Source: a virus. From it: a stretch of 64,000 bases of DNA. The stretch lies in the IMG/VR virus record IMGVR_UViG_3300047476_000982, positions 64,001-128,000 of that record; one strand, given 5' to 3'. Position 1 is the first letter of the stretch. Every line of letters starts with the position of its first letter. Made by a program: the position numbers and the translations under genes. The notes under the pieces were generated by a model that was not told the origin of the DNA, did no database searches, and saw only the letters and a program-made list of their open reading frames with translations. Positions 58,928 to 64,000 of the stretch are shown here, one piece after another.

Positions 58928-60564
58928 TTATTCCTCTTCTGTACTCAAATACAATCCAGAGGATTTGTTACCGCCATCTTCTGCAATGGCTTCTTTATTA
59001 ATTAATTCATTGATCTCTTTCTTAATCTCTTTTATAGCATCGATATATTCCTTAAGTTTCTTTTGATCATCAGGAGAAAGTTTTGCCACTCTCTCTTTCA
59101 TGCTCATAGTACCTTCAACAGGAACGGTTTCCTCTTGTGCCATTGATTCATCTTCCATCAATGATAGTATTGCTTTGCTATACTTAACTGGATCTACGTA
59201 ATTCATTTTGTTCTTTCTAATAAATATTAGACATGCGAGCAATTTCCTTTGCTACATTCTTATCTTTAATGACATGAACTTCAAAGTCGCTTTTAGATCC
59301 TGCTGCTACGATACCTGTATATCTCTCGGCAGTTGAATGCTTTACACAAGAAGTAGAATATCCTAATGCTACACGTTTTGGGTGGATCTCAGTTCCACAC
59401 ACTTTACAATATTTTTTCATAACTCTTGAATTTGTTTTAATAGTTCTGTAACTTGTTCAGGCGTTAAATACCCTCTAACATCTCCATTTGCTACTGGATT
59501 ATCATAATGGATTTGTCCGTCTTGATTTAATACAGCAAGCTCATATAGACCTTCTCTGCCTCCATAACTATAGTTGTGTCTAACTATACTGGCTCCATAT
59601 CCATTATCAAATTCTACTCTACATTGAACTCCATTATAGAATTGATCTTTCATTTCTATAAATTCTAGATCTTTAAATGTTTTCATTATTCAGCATTTTC
59701 TTTTTTAGCGTATTGCCTATTGTATCTATCGGTTGTATACTTACTATCACTTTCAGATCCACCATTCTGCCAATTAAATACATCATCGATAAACTCATTA
59801 AATCTTTTAATTGTTACTGTAATTTCTTTGAGTGAATGATTATCATTAGAAATCTCTAATGTACATTTGTACTTGTTTAATTCTTTCACTTTGAATGCAC
59901 TTACATACACATAATCGTAATTGCTTCTACCTATTTGCAATTTCATTTGATGTTTGATATCTTCTAAAGTAACTTCACCAGTGTCGTAATTTCTATTGAT
60001 ATATTTCTTAGTGTTTAGTTCACAAGAGAAGCCAACTTTTTTGTATTGATTCTTTAATTCATTAGCAATATCATATTTTGTATTACTAATCGTAGTACGT
60101 AACTCTGCGCATTCTCTTTCCATTTTATTTGCTTCACGATATATCTCTAAGAATGCTGGACTCCATTCATGCTTGAACTTATTTTCTATCTCTTGAAACT
60201 TAGCAGCTACAGCTCCGAATATCTGTACATCGGCTAGAACAAATCCGTCTTTTGCCGTAGCTCTAGAACTATACCAACTAAATTCAGCATACTTAGATCT
60301 ATTTTCACTTCTATAGTCATGCATTAGAGAAATCGTACACGAATTCCAACGTGCATGCTCTTCAAATTTCATGATCTCAATCCTGTCACTAGTAGCAACT
60401 ATTTTTTGAATTAAATTAGATACATTTTCTTGGAACCAAGATAAGACGGCGGCATTTTGTGTTTCATAAGCTGGCTTGACTACGTCATTTTCGTAGGCTT
60501 CTGTTTCTGATTCTTTTGTCTTGAGTTGTGCTTCTAACGCTGAGAGGATAATTTGCTTATTCAT
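58928..60564 (-). other. Hypothetical ORFs (58928-59242, 59217-59420 Zn-finger CxxC, 59417-59686, 59686-60564)
   Basis: Operon downstream of promoter locus D; CKVCG...CVKH in 59217-59420. Confidence 0.55.
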
Positions 60565-60569
60565 AACCT

Positions 60570-60720
60570 TTATTTGTTTGATACATAGTAAAATTAAGAC
60601 ATTCCGTCGAAATAAAAAAATTTATTTTAGTCTTTTTCAAAAATTGTCGATTGAAAATCAATAAGTTATAAGTAATTGATTATCAATAAGTTATAAATGG
60701 TTGGAAATCAATCAGTTATG
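60570..60720 (-). promoter_or_regulatory. Conserved promoter locus D with three 21-bp motifs at 25-bp period
   Basis: Core TGATACATAGTAAAATTAAGACA; motifs start at 60650, 60675, 60700. Confidence 0.8.
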
Positions 60721-61029
60721 AGAGGTGTACTTCAGGATTAGTTGGTCTATGATCTGTTTATCTGATTGATCAAATGACTTTTTATTTTGAACCTTTTTTA
60801 CGTAGTCAATATGCTTCTCAATTACTTCTAACTTAATTGCGTAATTTGAATGCTTGACTTTATTTTCGTTTGCGAATTTATATTCGTGAGTGAGTATCTC
60901 TTTTAGTGTCTGTACTTTTCTAATATAATTATTTTCGACTTCTTTTTTATCGAAATGTTCTTTAGCTTCCATTGCCTTAACTAACTTATCTCCCATTTTG
61001 CCTAAAGAATATTTCCTGTAATCCATCAC
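60712..61029 (-). CDS. Hypothetical helical protein
   Basis: ORF track. Confidence 0.5.
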   Translation of the reverse strand: MMDYRKYSLGKMGDKLVKAMEAKEHFDKKEVENNYIRKVQTLKEILTHEYKFANENKVKHSNYAIKLEVIEKHIDYVKKVQNKKSFDQSDKQIIDQLILKYTSHN

Positions 61030-61316
61030 TCATTATTTTTAACCATGTACTTGAATATTGTTTTCTGTAGTTCTCTTAACGCCTCAGTATTTTCTCTTAT
61101 GAGTTCAGCCAATCTATCTCTTTCTTCTGCAATCATGGCCATCATCTCATCTTGAAGCTTATCTACTTTTTCTTCTAAAGCATCATTCTTTTTAACAAGT
61201 CTTTGATATTGCATCCATGCAAAATATCCAAGTAAAAAAGCAAGCATACCCAAAACTCCGTATTGTAAAAAATACTCTCTTATGTGTTCTGATTCTGCTA
61301 CCTGAAGTAAGGTCAT
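61026..61316 (-). CDS. Holin-like membrane protein (one TM + coiled coil)
   Basis: LQYGVLGMLAFLLGYFAW then coiled coil; ATATTTAT at 61341-61348. Confidence 0.45.
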   Translation of the reverse strand: MTLLQVAESEHIREYFLQYGVLGMLAFLLGYFAWMQYQRLVKKNDALEEKVDKLQDEMMAMIAEERDRLAELIRENTEALRELQKTIFKYMVKNNE

Positions 61317-61364
61317 ACTTTATAGTTATTTTATATAACAATAAATATTAATAATAAAATTAAA

Positions 61365-61745
61365 CTACTTAGTACCAAACAGTTCTTTTAAACACTTTTT
61401 TGTGTCCCTTTTAGCAATTTTTGTTGCCTCAATTTCCATGGGATTTTTATGATCTGGTAGATACATTGCAAGTATCTGATAATGTTTCATGTTTTGTTTG
61501 TAGTGTATATACTCATGAATGATACTATTTGCTAACTCATTTAAATTATCATTAGCAACCTTATCTACAAATATAACGGCATCAATCTCATCATAATAGG
61601 CTATACATCCTTCTGTATAGTAATCTGGTTTCTTAAACTCTATTTCTGGGATTGGTCTATTGAACTTAGATTTGCCATAAGTTTTTATACACCAATCAAG
61701 GATTTGATTTACGTGTTTTCTTGTAGGCTTTATTGTTAAATCCAT
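61365..61745 (-). CDS. HExxH metallopeptidase-like protein
   Basis: SIIHEYIHYKQ...NPMEIEA. Confidence 0.65.
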   Translation of the reverse strand: MDLTIKPTRKHVNQILDWCIKTYGKSKFNRPIPEIEFKKPDYYTEGCIAYYDEIDAVIFVDKVANDNLNELANSIIHEYIHYKQNMKHYQILAMYLPDHKNPMEIEATKIAKRDTKKCLKELFGTK

Positions 61746-61747
61746 AA

Positions 61748-62341
61748 CTATAAGTTTTCTTGTATAAATACTTTTTCTATTCTTTTAGGTGTTATTGAAT
61801 AATCTGCTTTAAAATATCTTGGCATCTTTTCTATGATCTTTTGGTTACTGTATGGACTATTGTTTGGAGTAGCCCACTTTCTTGTAGCTAACAATCTATT
61901 GTAGAAGTAGATATACGCATTAGCTTTCTTTATATAACTATCAATATCTACATCTAAACCAAACTTTTTAATAATTCTTACAGACCTTTTTTCGTTATCT
62001 AATTCTAATTCTCTAGATACTGCCAAATGCTTCTTGATATTAGGAACATCTTCACCTTCTAACCAAGCATCTACAAGAGGCATACTTACCATACACTTCT
62101 TCCATATATCTATTTGCTCTACCCATTGTGTAAGATGAGAAAATTCATGTGCAAGGATCTCTATCCAATCCTTCCTATTCATTGAACAAACAAGAGCTGG
62201 AGCATCTTCATCAAAGTATCCTGAGCACTTTATATTTCCTGATAGTCTGACGTATCTAGTTTTCCTCAAATCACATTTGACTCCGTACTTTTTACATTCA
62301 GACTTTACGTATTTGACGAACTCTCTTTCCTTCTTGTTCAT
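61748..62341 (-). CDS. HExxH metallopeptidase-like protein
   Basis: ILAHEFSHLTQW...ELELDNEKRS. Confidence 0.65.
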   Translation of the reverse strand: MNKKEREFVKYVKSECKKYGVKCDLRKTRYVRLSGNIKCSGYFDEDAPALVCSMNRKDWIEILAHEFSHLTQWVEQIDIWKKCMVSMPLVDAWLEGEDVPNIKKHLAVSRELELDNEKRSVRIIKKFGLDVDIDSYIKKANAYIYFYNRLLATRKWATPNNSPYSNQKIIEKMPRYFKADYSITPKRIEKVFIQENL

Positions 62342-62359
62342 ATAGATAGGTTTTAGGTC

Positions 62360-62683
62360 CTATGATAAATATGAACCCTTTAAGTCCTCTATATGTTTAC
62401 AGCTTCTTTTATTTCCAGAAAATTTAAAAGAGTGACAATTACACTCCCAAGTTTTTCCTTTGAGTGTCACTAGGTACTTCTTACCTTTTGTGCCTTGCAC
62501 GTCCCACTCGATATCTCTTTCAAATGCAGGATTCTTTCCACCTCTATGAGGCTTCTTGAACCATAGGATCTGATCTCTTGTAGTACCTTGAGGCAAATCT
62601 CTTCTCCCGTCATCATCTATTAGATAAGGACCTTTCTCGTCTATCCAAAAGAACGGAACTATAAAAGAGTGCACAATTATCAT
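62360..62683 (-). CDS. SWIM zinc-finger protein
   Basis: YLV...WECNCHSF...SCKHI. Confidence 0.75.
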   Translation of the reverse strand: MIIVHSFIVPFFWIDEKGPYLIDDDGRRDLPQGTTRDQILWFKKPHRGGKNPAFERDIEWDVQGTKGKKYLVTLKGKTWECNCHSFKFSGNKRSCKHIEDLKGSYLS

Positions 62684-64000
62684 AGGAATTTAAATTTAAT
62701 CAATTTTAGGATATCTTTGAAACTAAACTCTTCAGTCTGAGGAATTAGTTTGGTAAAGTCATAGTGTTCATTTAAAGAATGCTTCCTAGCTTTCTCTTTA
62801 GTAAGATCATGCGCACTTCCAAAATTAAATTCTTTTAACCATTCATTATACTCTAAAGAATTCTTAGGTAGAATTGTTTTCTGTACTCTTAATTTATTCA
62901 TAGTATTATTTTTTATACCCAAATGTTCTTGACATATCATGTCCGCGTAGATGATAATTAACTTCAACTACTGACTCTAAAAATATTTCTGTAATTTGGC
63001 CAGTCAATCTATCTTCAATCATAGCATGTCCTGTACCATAACGATGATCAAGGTCTATTGTATTAAAATATTCTTCGGCCTCTTCATAAGTATCAAATAC
63101 TTCTGTTGTGGTATCTTCATCAGTATACCCGTCTATAAGTTCTGAATTATGATCTCCGAACTCATCAATAATTGTAATATAAGGACTTACTGTTACGAAG
63201 AACTTATTAGGAAGTTGTCCGTCTCCAATAATCTCTGATGCAAATGCTTTAATTTCTTTCTGGGTCATAACCTTAATTTAAGTGGATTGTTTGAATATCT
63301 TTTGGGAAATGCGGATAAGTAACGATTGGAATTGTTAACGTCATAACTATTTATTTAATGAATAAAATTGGAATTGAAGGATCTTTTGGAGCTCCATACT
63401 TTTTGTCAAACTCTTCACGTGGAATGTATTCGATCTCATTATCGTCTATCCACAATACTTCTACGAAATAATCATTTACGCTTAATACTTTCATACAACT
63501 TTATTTTTAGTCAATGTTTACTGGAATACTTACTTTAGTAATATCTCTGCCTTCGATCTTTACAGATCTCTTATTTCCTTCTAGAATATTCTTTATAGGA
63601 ATAACTCTAATGAATTCGGCATTGATCTCTTTAACTTGTCCAGTTATATCATACCAACCTTGAGAACCGCTTCCAGCTCCGTAGTCGTAGTAGATGTTAA
63701 ATGTATAAGTTTTTCCTTTTTTGATTTTTGATAAATTGATTTTCATAATCTGTTATTTTATAAGTTTTGAGAATAAAATGCAGTGTGAGCCATGTCTTCA
63801 TAGCTAGGCATATCGCTGTCGCTTTCTAATGCTGCACCTCCGTGCCATTTAGTCATGTATTCATTCCAAGCCATACGACCTTCGTCGTATGCTTGTTCAT
63901 CTTTTTTCATGTTTATTGGACTAGCAAATATGAAATTATCTTTGTCAATAACAAAATTAACTTGACAGTCTGGAAACATTTCGCTGAAAGCTTTATGATT
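62680..64000 (-). other. Hypothetical ORFs (62680-62967, 62906-63268, 63507-63746, 63758 to beyond the window edge)
   Basis: ORF track; the last frame stays open upstream of 63979 to the window end. Confidence 0.5.

Overview
This AT-rich 64-kb window is part of a large T4-like (contractile-tailed, probably jumbo) phage genome, standard genetic code. Bacteroidota-type TAnnTTTG promoters and A-rich leaders without Shine-Dalgarno sites suggest a Bacteroidota host. Layout: (1) 1-13340, minus strand: terminase large subunit (cut by the window edge and missing from the ORF track), a run of small basic/acidic proteins resembling head-internal proteins, then HAD, nucleotidyltransferase, kinase, PD-(D/E)xK exonuclease and primase genes. 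(2) 13692-36194, plus strand: glutaredoxin-like, HD hydrolase, a gp55-like late sigma factor, a baseplate/tail module and a GIY-YIG nuclease. (3) 36243-64000, minus strand: accessory region with many small ORFs, tRNA-Asn, tRNA-Leu, an SPFH lipoprotein, a PduO cobalamin adenosyltransferase, glycosyltransferases and metallo-hydrolases. Most notable: (a) five tRNA-like RNAs sharing one acceptor stem (AGUCAGG/CCUGACU) with intact D and T arms but unrelated, oversized structured inserts in place of the anticodon arm; (b) a tail/baseplate gene split in two by a ~5.3-kb insert encoding a mucin-like Thr-rich region plus a four-gene glycosylation cassette; (c) four promoters each preceded at a fixed 65-66 bp by three copies of a 21-bp motif, mostly at 25-bp period; (d) a candidate late-promoter motif, ATATTTAT, and recurring N-terminal peptide motifs resembling capsid-targeting signals. 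All product calls come from motif recognition by eye; no database searches or folding programs were run.
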